Origin: an uncultured Alphaproteobacteria bacterium
Lineage (GTDB): Bacteria > Pseudomonadota > Alphaproteobacteria > Rs-D84
Direction: 5' to 3'
Assembly: GCA_944392565.1 (NCBI GenBank)
Contig: CALXWX010000002.1
Span: forward strand, 117,853-181,852
Length of the DNA stretch: 64,000 bases
Shown here: positions 28,761-38,763 of the stretch, in pieces
Layout: each line of letters begins with the position of its first letter
Numbering within the stretch: position 1 is the first letter of the stretch
Translations under genes and position numbers: made by a program
Notes under the pieces: generated by a model
The model's input: the letters and a program-made list of their open reading frames with translations, nothing else
What the model was told of the DNA's origin: nothing
The model's database searches: none

Positions 28761-30470
28761 ATGCGACAATTTTTAATTTCTTTTATATTTGCAACATGTA
28801 TGATATCCACCGCATTCGGTGCGGATGCTTTTACGCCGATTTCGGAAATTCAAACACGCACACCCGATGATACCCAATGCGCCACGGGCGTATTTGCAAA
28901 CGCATTATCTGAAACCGTAAGTACTGTATCAGAAACTGATGATGAAATAACAATTCGAAAATGGATTTATGATGCATTCAGCGCGCCCGAAACAATAGAA
29001 AAAGTACTGGCATGTCCTGAAATCGCATCGGCGGCGGATGATGACACAATTACATTTTTACCAATTGAATATACTTTTCCTGGTGGGCGTCAAATCGTTG
29101 TAAATTATGAAACCCAGCCAAAGATACTAAAACAACGCTTAACAATTGCCCAAAAACGCGAATTACCATCTGACACAAACCCCAGTCCACAAATCGGCGC
29201 CCCAGATGACGCATCTGTTTGGACAAATACCGATCCAGCATGGTATGCGATAATGGTTGTTGAACATGGCGCACTGGATGAATTCGTGGGACCAGACAAG
29301 AATAACACCATATCGCTGCAATGGATAAACGATAACATCGATGACATATATCCCCACGGCAACAGTTGCACCAGCAAAACCGCACTGGCGGGCGATAATG
29401 ACATGGTAAACCTGGCGGGCAAGGCAACAGTAAATCTGACAGACGACACAAATGATTACTATGTTGCAGGCGATGCAAATCTGCAATGGATATCATACCT
29501 GGAAATCGGATTGGATGTTGTAATAACGGTGGCAACATTTGGGGGTGGGGCGGTTGTATTGGGTGCGACCAAGGCTGCCCGTGCATCACGCGCATTAAAA
29601 AATCTGACCACAGCAATGCGTGCATTACGCCAAGAACAGGCTGTGATAAATTATATCAAGATTGTAAATCAACACACGCGTGCATTACGCGAATTGCAAG
29701 CAATTGACCGTGCCACAGACGCCGCCAGATATGCATCCAAACTGGACGAGGTTGAAAACCTGGCGCGCCAAATGCGCAACATGGAACGAAACAGCGACCT
29801 GGTTCGTGATTATCGCCAGGCCAGTGATACATTTTCATCACTGAACCAATATCGCCGCGCATTGCGCAGTTTGCGCCCGGCACAGCGTGGAAACATTATG
29901 GCACGCGCATGGCGTGCATTTCGTGCGGCAAACACTGGGGGAAAGAAAATAAATCGCGCCGCCCGCATTGCACGCAGCAGCATGAAATCAGGACGCATAC
30001 GCGACTGGCTGTTTCAATCAACACTCAGCAATGTTGGCGCATTGGCAAAAATGGAAGAGGCGGGCGGATTTATATACGGCGCATTAAATTTTGTTGGCGG
30101 CATGTATGATTGGACAGAAACCAGTACTGGCGAATTTACGAATGATATAGAATTTAAACCATTAACACTGTTGTCTGCGGATGATTTGCAGGGTCAAGAA
30201 AATGTTGTAAATCACGGAATGTGGTTTATGTGGTTGGGTGATTCCGTTAATCCTGCTGATGACGATGCCGCATATTTACAGGCAATGGATTTTGCCGATA
30301 AATTTCACTATAATCTGGAAGAAATTCAAACCGATAAAAACAACCACGCATGTAATGTTGATATATATGTCGTTCGTCCAATAATACGAAATCCCGGTAC
30401 TGAAAACGCCGAAATGTATTATTTAATAATGAATGATGAACCATGGACAACAAATAACACCGGCGAATAA
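28761..30470 (+). CDS. Secreted/membrane-associated protein, unknown function (central hydrophobic segment, Arg-rich helical region)
   Basis: The ATG directly abuts the previous stop. Signal peptide ending STAFG. LEIGLDVVITVATFGGGAVVLGA, then an RxxR-rich helical stretch. Confidence 0.75.
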   Translation: MRQFLISFIFATCMISTAFGADAFTPISEIQTRTPDDTQCATGVFANALSETVSTVSETDDEITIRKWIYDAFSAPETIEKVLACPEIASAADDDTITFLPIEYTFPGGRQIVVNYETQPKILKQRLTIAQKRELPSDTNPSPQIGAPDDASVWTNTDPAWYAIMVVEHGALDEFVGPDKNNTISLQWINDNIDDIYPHGNSCTSKTALAGDNDMVNLAGKATVNLTDDTNDYYVAGDANLQWISYLEIGLDVVITVATFGGGAVVLGATKAARASRALKNLTTAMRALRQEQAVINYIKIVNQHTRALRELQAIDRATDAARYASKLDEVENLARQMRNMERNSDLVRDYRQASDTFSSLNQYRRALRSLRPAQRGNIMARAWRAFRAANTGGKKINRAARIARSSMKSGRIRDWLFQSTLSNVGALAKMEEAGGFIYGALNFVGGMYDWTETSTGEFTNDIEFKPLTLLSADDLQGQENVVNHGMWFMWLGDSVNPADDDAAYLQAMDFADKFHYNLEEIQTDKNNHACNVDIYVVRPIIRNPGTENAEMYYLIMNDEPWTTNNTGE

Positions 30471-30530
30471 TTCCCCATTGTATTTTTAAATTTGAAAAAC
30501 TATAATAATATTACCAGGGGGCGTAATATC

Positions 30531-30848
30531 ATGAAAAAAATATTATCATCAATATTAATCATCATGACATTTATTGGCGGCGCAAGCGCATATCAACTGT
30601 TATCATCCAAAGAATTGGGCAAAAATGATGCCAAGAATCAAACCGTTGTTGTAAAATGCACAACAGACACGGGCAAAACATCAAACCAAACATGCACATT
30701 GCGCCGATATGCCAAATGCACCGGCACCGGCAGCAATAAAAAATGCAGCGGTTGGCAACCATGGCAAGATTTACGCAACCCCCGCAAACAATATTCAGAT
30801 TGGCGCAGTGCCGCATCTGCATGTTGCCGCGCCAAGGGGTTAAGATAA
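30531..30848 (+). CDS. Small basic secreted Cys-rich protein
   Basis: AGGGGG SD plus ATG 30531. Signal peptide ending GGASA. 8 Cys in about 85 mature residues. Confidence 0.7.
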   Translation: MKKILSSILIIMTFIGGASAYQLLSSKELGKNDAKNQTVVVKCTTDTGKTSNQTCTLRRYAKCTGTGSNKKCSGWQPWQDLRNPRKQYSDWRSAASACCRAKGLR

Positions 30849-30889
30849 TAAAAGATCCGTCAATTGACGGATTTTTTATTCAAATTTCA

Positions 30890-30966
30890 TGGTGGATGTG
30901 ATTGGACTCGAACCAACGACCTCTTCGATGTGAACGAAGCGCTCTAACCAACTGAGCTACACATCC
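30890..30966 (-). tRNA. tRNA-Val (anticodon CAC)
   Basis: ggatgtgtagctcagttggttagagcgcttcgttcacatcgaagaggtcgttggttcgagtccaatcacatccacca. Confidence 0.9.
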
Positions 30967-30985
30967 ACAAACACATAATATCAGG

Positions 30986-31072
30986 TGGTGGGGATAGTGG
31001 GACTTGAACCCACACGGTCGCAATGACCAAAGGATTTTAAGTCCTCAGCGTCTACCATTCCGCCATATCCCC
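30986..31072 (-). tRNA. tRNA-Leu (anticodon TAA)
   Basis: Class II tRNA with a long variable arm and anticodon loop cu-UAA-aa. Acceptor ggggata/tatcccc plus ACCA. Confidence 0.9.
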
Positions 31073-31094
31073 ATTCGGACTTACAATGCATGAT

Positions 31095-31134
31095 ATACTA
31101 ATGCAAAATGGGCATTCTTGTCAATATTTTTCTG
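31095..31134 (-). promoter_or_regulatory. Sigma70-like promoter for the tRNA-Leu(TAA)-tRNA-Val unit
   Basis: On the minus strand: TTGACA (31134-31129), 18 nt spacer, TAGTAT (31100-31095). Confidence 0.5.
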
Positions 31135-31290
31135 AATAAAATTAACAAAAATCACCGCCCATACTGCATATACCAATTCAAATGCGCATTTATCGCTGTT
31201 GTAATTCGTCAATGCGCACCCGCAATGATGACAGCCATGCCCCAACATGGGCGAAAAACAAAAAACCGCCCATTGGACGGTATAAAACCT

Positions 31291-31366
31291 TGGTGGAGCT
31301 GATGGGACTCAAACCCACGACCTCTACGATGCGAACGTAGCGCTCTATCAACTGAGCTACAACCCC
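31291..31366 (-). tRNA. tRNA-Ala (anticodon CGC)
   Basis: G3:U70 identity pair and anticodon loop uu-CGC-au. Followed on the minus strand by a terminator hairpin at about 31262-31288. Confidence 0.9.
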
Positions 31367-31371
31367 AAAAC

Positions 31372-31458
31372 TGGTGCGGATAAGAAGACTCGAACTTCCA
31401 AGGCATTGCTGCCACTAGTACCTGAAACTAGCGCGTCTACCAATTCCGCCATATCCGC
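31372..31458 (-). tRNA. tRNA-Leu (anticodon CAG)
   Basis: Class II tRNA with anticodon loop uu-CAG-gu. Acceptor gcggata/tatccgc plus ACCA. Confidence 0.9.
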
Positions 31459-31510
31459 AGGCGCTTGCTATATTATCTTAACTTTACACAATTTGCAACA
31501 AGAAAATAAA

Positions 31511-32107
31511 TTATCTGACATCACAAATATCCCGCCGCGCCAATGCCCGTTCCAATGCGCGTTCTGGCATAAACCAAATCGCCGCAATAAAAATATATAT
31601 CCCTAACGATACAAACGGATGAACAAACGCCAATGGAATCGCCACCAAAAACGCCCACATCGACAGTTTTTCGCGCCGTCCAGGTCGCAAAATACGAACC
31701 AACAACGCATCCGCATCATGAATTTTAAATAAAACCTGTTCCAAAAGTCTATATGACGCAACAACCATAAATAATGACAAACCATATGCCGCAACAGGTA
31801 TCGACGATACATGGTTTTCATCAACCCACGATGTAAAGAACGGTATCAGCGACAACCAAAATAAAAAATTCAAGTTCGCCCACAAAACCCCACTGCTAAC
31901 CCGCCGCGTTGCCGCCAGCAAGTGATGATGATTTATCCAAAAAATTGATCCGTATATAAAACTAAGTACATAACTTAAAAAAATTGGTATCAATGGAACC
32001 AATGATGATAATGTAACATCTGACGGCGCATCCAGTTCCAATACCATAATTGTTATAACAACCGCAAACAATCCATCACTAAACGCTTCCAGCCTTGATT
32101 TATTCAT
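31511..32107 (-). CDS. TMEM175/DUF1211-family potassium channel
   Basis: RLEAFSDGLFAVVITIMVLEL signature at the N-terminus and six TM helices. Start MNKSRLEAF at 32107. Confidence 0.85.
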   Translation of the reverse strand: MNKSRLEAFSDGLFAVVITIMVLELDAPSDVTLSSLVPLIPIFLSYVLSFIYGSIFWINHHHLLAATRRVSSGVLWANLNFLFWLSLIPFFTSWVDENHVSSIPVAAYGLSLFMVVASYRLLEQVLFKIHDADALLVRILRPGRREKLSMWAFLVAIPLAFVHPFVSLGIYIFIAAIWFMPERALERALARRDICDVR

Positions 32108-32194
32108 TATCTTCCCCCATAACACCGACCATATCAAAATGACATAAAAAAATCTGTGGGAACCAAATCTTAAAAATAAAAGACACAAAAAGGC

Positions 32195-32224
32195 TTGCCC
32201 TGAATTTTGCAAATTTGCTAATAT
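32195..32224 (+). promoter_or_regulatory. Sigma70-like promoter placed only about 10 nt before the ATG of the 903-aa gene
   Basis: TTGCCC (32195-32200), 18 nt spacer, TAATAT (32219-32224). ATG at 32235 with no SD in between. Confidence 0.4.
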
Positions 32225-32234
32225 TTAATCAGAT

Positions 32235-34946
32235 ATGAAAAAGTTTTTATCTTTTGCATGGATTTTTGCAATTTGCATCGGCATTGCCAATGCGGCTGTT
32301 CGTGATGAAAACGCAACGAATCGCGAAAATAATTCCACATCAAATAATGTTGCACAAAATATATCATCACGCACTGCCGCATCCGCAACCCCGGGCATTT
32401 CCCGAACCACAACATCGCGCGCGGCATCGCAAACAATTGTCCCGCGGTCCAATAACCGCACAACCACATCGCGCGCCGCAACATCACGCAGTGCCGCAAC
32501 ATCCGCCACAAACGCAACCACTGTACGTTCTGGCGCAACGATATCACGCAGTGGCACCACCCAACGCACAGCATCAATAACGCGCCGTCCATTAACACAA
32601 CCCCAAACCACTTCACGTGCGGCAACCACCACGGCAACAATGTCCGACACACAAATTGGCGCCGAATACGAACAATGCAAAAGCGCATATTTCACATGCA
32701 TGGATCAATTTTGCCAATTAAAAAATGATGATTATCGCCGTTGCTCATGCAGCAATCGTGTATTCGATTTAACGGACATTCGTAACACAATGCAAGATGC
32801 CAGCGATAAATTAACCGTGTTCACAGAAAATCTGGATGTTGTCGGCATGACATCAGAACAGGCAACCGCCATGAAAACCGCATCTGAGGGTGAAAATGCC
32901 CTGACGGCGGATACATCTGCATCCAAGGCATTATTAAAGGCAATAATGAATTCAATTCGTGGCGATGATACAACGGTTGGCGGAAAGTTCACCGACCTGA
33001 ACAGCATAAATTTATCATTTGATACAACAAATGCATTTGGCTTATCTGATGCGGGTCAAATTATTTCAACATATAACGGACAAAATTTATACAGTGCTGT
33101 ATATCCTCAATGCCGCGAAGCAGTTCGCGCTGATTGCACAGACGCACAATTACAACGCGCCATAAATGCATATTTGATGGCAATTGAACAAGACTGCAAC
33201 ACTGTTGAAAGCGCACTGGTACAACAGCAATCAGAAATGAAAGCCGCCGTCCGCGAAAGCAGCGCAATGTTGGATTTGGCACGCGTTGAAAACCGTCAAA
33301 ACCATAATTCTGACGATATGGCGACATGTCTGGCAAATGTAGAATCCGCAATACTCAGCGAAGAAGTATGCGGTGCAAACTATCACAAATGCCTGGACAA
33401 TGGTCAATTTATTGATGTTTCCACCGGCGCCCCAATCGCAGGTGTTGAAAACTTTTATGAACTGGGGAATTTGTTAAAATTTGCCGACAATGTTGATGCC
33501 GCCGATCAAAAATTATCAAAAATTTCATCAAACCGCGCATTTGTCCAAAACTTTGAAAAACGCGTTAAAAAATTTGCCGAACCTGCACTGGACAAATGTA
33601 CAGAACAGGCAGATATCGTATGGTCTGAATATCTGGATAAAGCAATGCTGGATATATATTACGCCCAACAGTCCAAGGTTGCAGAAATTAAACAAGGATG
33701 TTTTGATTTTGTATCGGCATGCTATATGAACGGCGATACTGCATTAACCGCTGCAATGGCTGAATTAACCGGCGATGATGGTGTGTTATTACAACCAGAC
33801 AAGGTTACATTATCAACAGAAATGTGTCGTGATTACATTGATTCATGTAATATGATGTTTTATGACCAAACCGGTGGCGAAAATATTGTGACAGATTACA
33901 TAAACAATCGCCAAGACACGGACACATTAACCGCATGCCGCGCGGTTGTCCAGCAATGTTTTGACAGTTTTGGCGGCAACGGATATGAAAACTTTTACTA
34001 TCCATACAGTGGTCTGTTCAGTGCAGGGAAAGCATTAGATTGGTTCACATTATATAAATATAATGATGCCGGCGTTATAGATAAAACACAACCTGTATCT
34101 GAATGCGCACGACAATTAACAGAAATTTCATCATGCAACACCCCGGAAATAATTGAACAGGCATTTGGCGGATTTAATATAATACCCGCATCAGTCGGTG
34201 TATATGGTACCGATACATCTCAAATATCTGTTATTTACTTAGACACAACCAGTTCCGAAACAAAATATGGCACATTGCAAGATTCGCCGACCATGATCAA
34301 TGACGGGGCAAATGAAGTATATTTATTAAATCATCATGTACCGCGTCCAACGGGCGTCGCCACAGAAATATATAACCAAATTGTTGACATATTGACAACA
34401 CAATGCACGAACCTGCAAGGCAGATTTATAGAATATCAATTTGTAAAAAGTGCATATAATCAATCAAACTTTTGTCTTGCCAATTTCAAAGGTTCAGAAT
34501 ACGATCAGTCTGACTCTCGAATAATAGACCTGTATGGAATCGGCACAAACGAAGACATGTGTCCACGTAATTATGGATTAAATGTTGACACACAATCATG
34601 GGGCGCATGTTTGTGCTGGGAAAATGGTGGTCGCCGCAGCAAATGGGGGACCAGTCCAAAATGTGTTGCCGCATCGCCTGCTGGTCAAAAAATTAACGCT
34701 ACCACTATTGAATTCGTAGAAGCAAATGATGCCGAATGTGATAATGTCAAAGATGCCCATGGAAATCTTATCGATGTTGTTATAAAGCAGGCTACCAGCA
34801 CCATGAAAAAATCAAACTGGTGTACACAAACACCAACATTAAACACCAACTTGGTTTGCCCAATTGCATCCACACAAAACGAGAAAAACCAATGCGTTGA
34901 CGAAACCGGCAATGTCATAAAATACATACCCGACGGTTTACAATAA
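32235..34946 (+). CDS. Large secreted Cys-rich protein, unknown function, with Ser/Thr/Arg-rich N-terminal repeats
   Basis: Signal peptide ending GIANA. The (T-T-S-R-A-A)-like repeats are encoded at about 32330-32640. About 40 Cys, often as C-x6-8-C in helical context. 903 aa. Confidence 0.8.
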   Translation: MKKFLSFAWIFAICIGIANAAVRDENATNRENNSTSNNVAQNISSRTAASATPGISRTTTSRAASQTIVPRSNNRTTTSRAATSRSAATSATNATTVRSGATISRSGTTQRTASITRRPLTQPQTTSRAATTTATMSDTQIGAEYEQCKSAYFTCMDQFCQLKNDDYRRCSCSNRVFDLTDIRNTMQDASDKLTVFTENLDVVGMTSEQATAMKTASEGENALTADTSASKALLKAIMNSIRGDDTTVGGKFTDLNSINLSFDTTNAFGLSDAGQIISTYNGQNLYSAVYPQCREAVRADCTDAQLQRAINAYLMAIEQDCNTVESALVQQQSEMKAAVRESSAMLDLARVENRQNHNSDDMATCLANVESAILSEEVCGANYHKCLDNGQFIDVSTGAPIAGVENFYELGNLLKFADNVDAADQKLSKISSNRAFVQNFEKRVKKFAEPALDKCTEQADIVWSEYLDKAMLDIYYAQQSKVAEIKQGCFDFVSACYMNGDTALTAAMAELTGDDGVLLQPDKVTLSTEMCRDYIDSCNMMFYDQTGGENIVTDYINNRQDTDTLTACRAVVQQCFDSFGGNGYENFYYPYSGLFSAGKALDWFTLYKYNDAGVIDKTQPVSECARQLTEISSCNTPEIIEQAFGGFNIIPASVGVYGTDTSQISVIYLDTTSSETKYGTLQDSPTMINDGANEVYLLNHHVPRPTGVATEIYNQIVDILTTQCTNLQGRFIEYQFVKSAYNQSNFCLANFKGSEYDQSDSRIIDLYGIGTNEDMCPRNYGLNVDTQSWGACLCWENGGRRSKWGTSPKCVAASPAGQKINATTIEFVEANDAECDNVKDAHGNLIDVVIKQATSTMKKSNWCTQTPTLNTNLVCPIASTQNEKNQCVDETGNVIKYIPDGLQ

Positions 34947-34954
34947 TACAAATT

Positions 34955-34985
34955 AAAAACGCCAATATATATATCGGCGTTTTTA
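34955..34985. terminator. Bidirectional intrinsic terminator
   Basis: A-run, acgccaatat/atatcggcgt, T-run. Lies between convergent genes. Confidence 0.75.
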
Positions 34986-35007
34986 ATTATTAATATATAA
35001 AAAATAC

Positions 35008-36156
35008 TTATTTAATCGCATTGCGAATTGATTCCGCGATCAGCGTACATGGCGCACCATCTGGTCGCCGCCATAAATTATCCGCGAACTTTAATTCATT
35101 AACCATTTTTTCCCGCACAGATGGTATTGTTAATTGTTGAACTGCATTTAAAACATTTTCTGCGGTTGCATTTGTCCCCAAAAATTCTGGATAAACGCCA
35201 CGATTTAACAAAATATTAACCAATGAGACCCAATTAACACGAATCACCTGGCGAACCAGCCATGTTGTTATCGGATTCATTTTATAAACAACAATTGTTG
35301 GTATATGCAACATTGCCAATTCTGCCGACACCGTGCCACTGGCAACAATAGCAATATATGTTTTGGCATAAATATCATATCGTTGCGATGACGGCACCAA
35401 ATCCGGCTGAACCCGCCAATGTTTTATTTGTTCACGAACATAATCAGATGTTGTTTCAACAGTTGGTATAATAAATTTATACCCCGCATACCCATTTGCC
35501 ACCAATTGCTGAACCACATCACGAAATATTGGCATCAGCCTTTTTACTTCTGACATTCTGCTGCCTGGGACCAATGTTATTATTTTTTCATCACCAGATT
35601 TTTTCTGGCGTGGGGCGGGGCGATTTATTAATCCATCTGCAATCGGATGCCCAACCGCCACTGTATCCAATCCATATTTTGTAAAATACGGAATTTCAAA
35701 ATCAAAAAACGCATACAGTTTATCAAATGTTTTTGCATACTTTTTTGCGCGCCCCGCACGCCATGCCCAAACCTGGGGTGCAACAACATGATGAAATTTC
35801 AAACCATTTTCAATTAATTTTTTACCTGATGGCACCTGACGAATTTTCTTTATAACACTGCGTGCGAATCCCGGGGCATCTATTGTCAAAACAATATCTG
35901 GACGCATTGATATTATTGCATTCGCGGTTTGATTAATACGGCGTGTCAATGTGCGTGCATGTGCCAAAACCTCAACCACGCCCATGACCGATAAATCCGC
36001 CATTGGAAACAAAGAATCCAGCCCTGCGGCAATCATATTTTCACCACCGATTCCGACAAATTCTGCATCCGGCATTTCACGCATTATCCGCGCCCCCAGA
36101 ACATCCCCAGACACTTCACCCGCAATTATAAATATTTTGATTTTTTTATTCTGCAT
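35008..36156 (-). CDS. lpxB: Lipid-A-disaccharide synthase
   Basis: KIFIIAGEVSGDVLGA N-terminus and GT19 length. Start MQNKKIK at 36156. Confidence 0.92.
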   Translation of the reverse strand: MQNKKIKIFIIAGEVSGDVLGARIMREMPDAEFVGIGGENMIAAGLDSLFPMADLSVMGVVEVLAHARTLTRRINQTANAIISMRPDIVLTIDAPGFARSVIKKIRQVPSGKKLIENGLKFHHVVAPQVWAWRAGRAKKYAKTFDKLYAFFDFEIPYFTKYGLDTVAVGHPIADGLINRPAPRQKKSGDEKIITLVPGSRMSEVKRLMPIFRDVVQQLVANGYAGYKFIIPTVETTSDYVREQIKHWRVQPDLVPSSQRYDIYAKTYIAIVASGTVSAELAMLHIPTIVVYKMNPITTWLVRQVIRVNWVSLVNILLNRGVYPEFLGTNATAENVLNAVQQLTIPSVREKMVNELKFADNLWRRPDGAPCTLIAESIRNAIK

Positions 36157-36940
36157 TTTTAGATGTACCAATTCCGCGTTTTGAACGATTTTCAATAAAA
36201 TCGATTGCATCCATTGCATACTTGTTATTTTTAACTTCCTTGCGAACACGTGCTAATCTTTCTGCAACCGTACCATCTGTTTCACGAAAAACCGCCGAAT
36301 ATACAGAATGTATTGCATGCATATCTTCATTCGTAAATCCATGCCGCATTAATCCGACACGATTTATTGTACGATATACCGCGCGGGCGCCATCATAAAT
36401 CGCGTACGGCAAAACATCATTACCAACGCCCGACATACCGCCAATAAATGCATTTCGACCAATACGGGCAAATTGCAAAACCATAACCCCACCAGACAAA
36501 ATTGCAAAATCTTCCACTTCAACATGCCCGGCAACCTGAACCAGGTTAGACATAACAACACTGTTGCCAATTTTACAGTCATGTCCAACATGCGCATTCA
36601 CCATAATTTGACAGTCATCCCCAATAACCGTCCCATCAGATGCCGGTGTTCCCGAATGAATTGTAACATATTCGCGAATTTTGCACCGCTTTCCAATACG
36701 CAATCCTGTCATCGCAGCTTCATCTTGCCATTTTAAATCCTGGCTCATTACACCCAAAACAGCAAACGGATAAACAATAGAATCATCACCAATCGATGTT
36801 TTTCCATCAATTATAACATTTGAAACCAGTTCAACCCGATCCCCCAAGACAACATTTGGTCCCACAATGCAAAACGGACCAATTTTACAATCCGCGCCAA
36901 TAACTGCGCCATCATGAACAATTGCGGTTGGATGTATCAT
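36146..36940 (-). CDS. lpxA: Acyl-ACP--UDP-N-acetylglucosamine O-acyltransferase
   Basis: MIHPTAIV...GA.IG hexapeptide repeats plus a helical C-terminal domain. 11-nt overlap with lpxB. Confidence 0.93.
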   Translation of the reverse strand: MIHPTAIVHDGAVIGADCKIGPFCIVGPNVVLGDRVELVSNVIIDGKTSIGDDSIVYPFAVLGVMSQDLKWQDEAAMTGLRIGKRCKIREYVTIHSGTPASDGTVIGDDCQIMVNAHVGHDCKIGNSVVMSNLVQVAGHVEVEDFAILSGGVMVLQFARIGRNAFIGGMSGVGNDVLPYAIYDGARAVYRTINRVGLMRHGFTNEDMHAIHSVYSAVFRETDGTVAERLARVRKEVKNNKYAMDAIDFIENRSKRGIGTSKNAE

Positions 36941-37030
36941 TATTATATGCCTATATCTATATTTTTTCTTTCTTTTGATTGAAATAATACATTATACGCA
37001 CATAATTTTGTATTAAATAAATATAACGAA

Positions 37031-38041
37031 TTATAACATACGCCCCAGTTGACGCCACCCAGCATTATCACCTGGCAATGTTATCCAATATAAAATCCCC
37101 AATGCCGTTAACACAGGTAATGTCGTTATAATTCCGAACAATCCGATTGTTATCGCAAAAATACGATGTGCCAAATCATCAGACACACTATCCGCGTGCC
37201 AAACCGACAGCGCAAACAATATAAAGAACATGCCCGTCATGCCCAAAAATACTGGCACAGATTCTGTCAGCACAAATAACGCCATACACAATACCGACAT
37301 TATTCGTACCAACCATTTTAATTTAACATACATGCCCGCCTTTATACGCCCCCGCGGATTTACATTACGCAACGCAACTGTTAATGCCGTTGCAATTGAA
37401 ATTAAAATCAAAAACAATATATGAACTGGGGTCAGCGCACCCAATTGCCCAAATCTGAAAAATTCTGGCTGCATCAATATCGCAATTGTCGTCGCAAACA
37501 TTATTAACAGCGTTCCTGCAACAGGTCGCATTTCATACCGCACCACGCGCCCAATCAAAATTCCACCAACAAACGCGCCAATCTGTAATATTGGCCCCCA
37601 CCACACATGGGTATCAGACAACCCAATTGCCGCCAACAAAATCGCCCAACACGCAATAATACCCCACTTTTTTTTGCGCGGAACATTCCGCAATACCGGC
37701 AAATTCATTTTACGCCAATATGAACCAACAAACAACGCCCCAATAAAAACAATTGCAGCAATCATAAACGGCAAAACAGTCGCATTATCGCGCAAAACAG
37801 CATAATTTCCACCAAACAGAACAACCCATGTCAATGTAAAAATAACTGTTGCCAACGACGCATTTATCACTATGTTATTTTTATTCCATCCAATACGCTG
37901 CAAAAAAGCCCCGCCACAAAAATAAACCAGCGCAAACAACGGCACCGTCAATAACGCCCACCAAAAAAACGCCGGTCCCACCAGTGCTGCATTATTAAAT
38001 GCACTGACTGCGCTTTGAACAATCAAACTTTCGTCAAACAT
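37031..38041 (-). CDS. Polytopic membrane protein (about 10 TM), unknown function
   Basis: Start taken at MFDESLIV (ATG 38041). Hydrophobic throughout. Confidence 0.65.
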   Translation of the reverse strand: MFDESLIVQSAVSAFNNAALVGPAFFWWALLTVPLFALVYFCGGAFLQRIGWNKNNIVINASLATVIFTLTWVVLFGGNYAVLRDNATVLPFMIAAIVFIGALFVGSYWRKMNLPVLRNVPRKKKWGIIACWAILLAAIGLSDTHVWWGPILQIGAFVGGILIGRVVRYEMRPVAGTLLIMFATTIAILMQPEFFRFGQLGALTPVHILFLILISIATALTVALRNVNPRGRIKAGMYVKLKWLVRIMSVLCMALFVLTESVPVFLGMTGMFFILFALSVWHADSVSDDLAHRIFAITIGLFGIITTLPVLTALGILYWITLPGDNAGWRQLGRML

Positions 38042-38079
38042 ACACTTGCCTTTTAATTTCGTTGAATTATTATATACAT

Positions 38080-38763
38080 ATGGCTGAAAAACAAGCAATT
38101 TTTACCCTGATGGGCGGTCGCATACGCATGCATCGTGGGTCTTATAACCCAACATCTGATGCGGTATGGCTGGCATCATATGCGCCGCACAATATAAAAA
38201 CAGTTCTGGATGTTGGCGTTGGTACTGGCGGGGTGGGGCTGTGCATTGCAGCAAATAACCCGGGGATTAAACTGACCGGTCTGGACATATCCCCAGAAAT
38301 GCTGGCAGAATACGCCCGTAATGCAGAATTAAATAATATTACCACCGAATTAATAAACGCAAATATAACCACATGGCGCACCGCACGCACATTTGACGCC
38401 GTTATAACAAACCCACCATATTTTCGCGGCACACCGGCACATCATAACGCGCATCATAACGCAGATATAACCACATGGGTTCGAAAATGCATTGCACGCG
38501 TACGCCCACGTGGATATTTTTGCATCATTGTTTCTGCCGACAGAATATCAGAAGTAATTGCCGAAATGCACAATCATTGTGGTGCCATACAAATTATGCC
38601 GCTGTTTGGGACAAAACATACGGCTGAACGCGTTTTGATTCGCGGACGCACGGGGGTGCGGGGTGGTGATATTTTATGGTCTGGTCTGCCAATGAATTAC
38701 GAACCCATTTTGCGTGATGGCTTGACTATTGATGATGTATTGGCTAGACTAAACTGGATATGA
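38080..38763 (+). CDS. SAM-dependent N6-adenine methyltransferase (TrmN6/YfiC-like)
   Basis: Motif I DVGVGTGGVGL and motif IV NPPY (VITNPPYF). Confidence 0.8.
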   Translation: MAEKQAIFTLMGGRIRMHRGSYNPTSDAVWLASYAPHNIKTVLDVGVGTGGVGLCIAANNPGIKLTGLDISPEMLAEYARNAELNNITTELINANITTWRTARTFDAVITNPPYFRGTPAHHNAHHNADITTWVRKCIARVRPRGYFCIIVSADRISEVIAEMHNHCGAIQIMPLFGTKHTAERVLIRGRTGVRGGDILWSGLPMNYEPILRDGLTIDDVLARLNWI

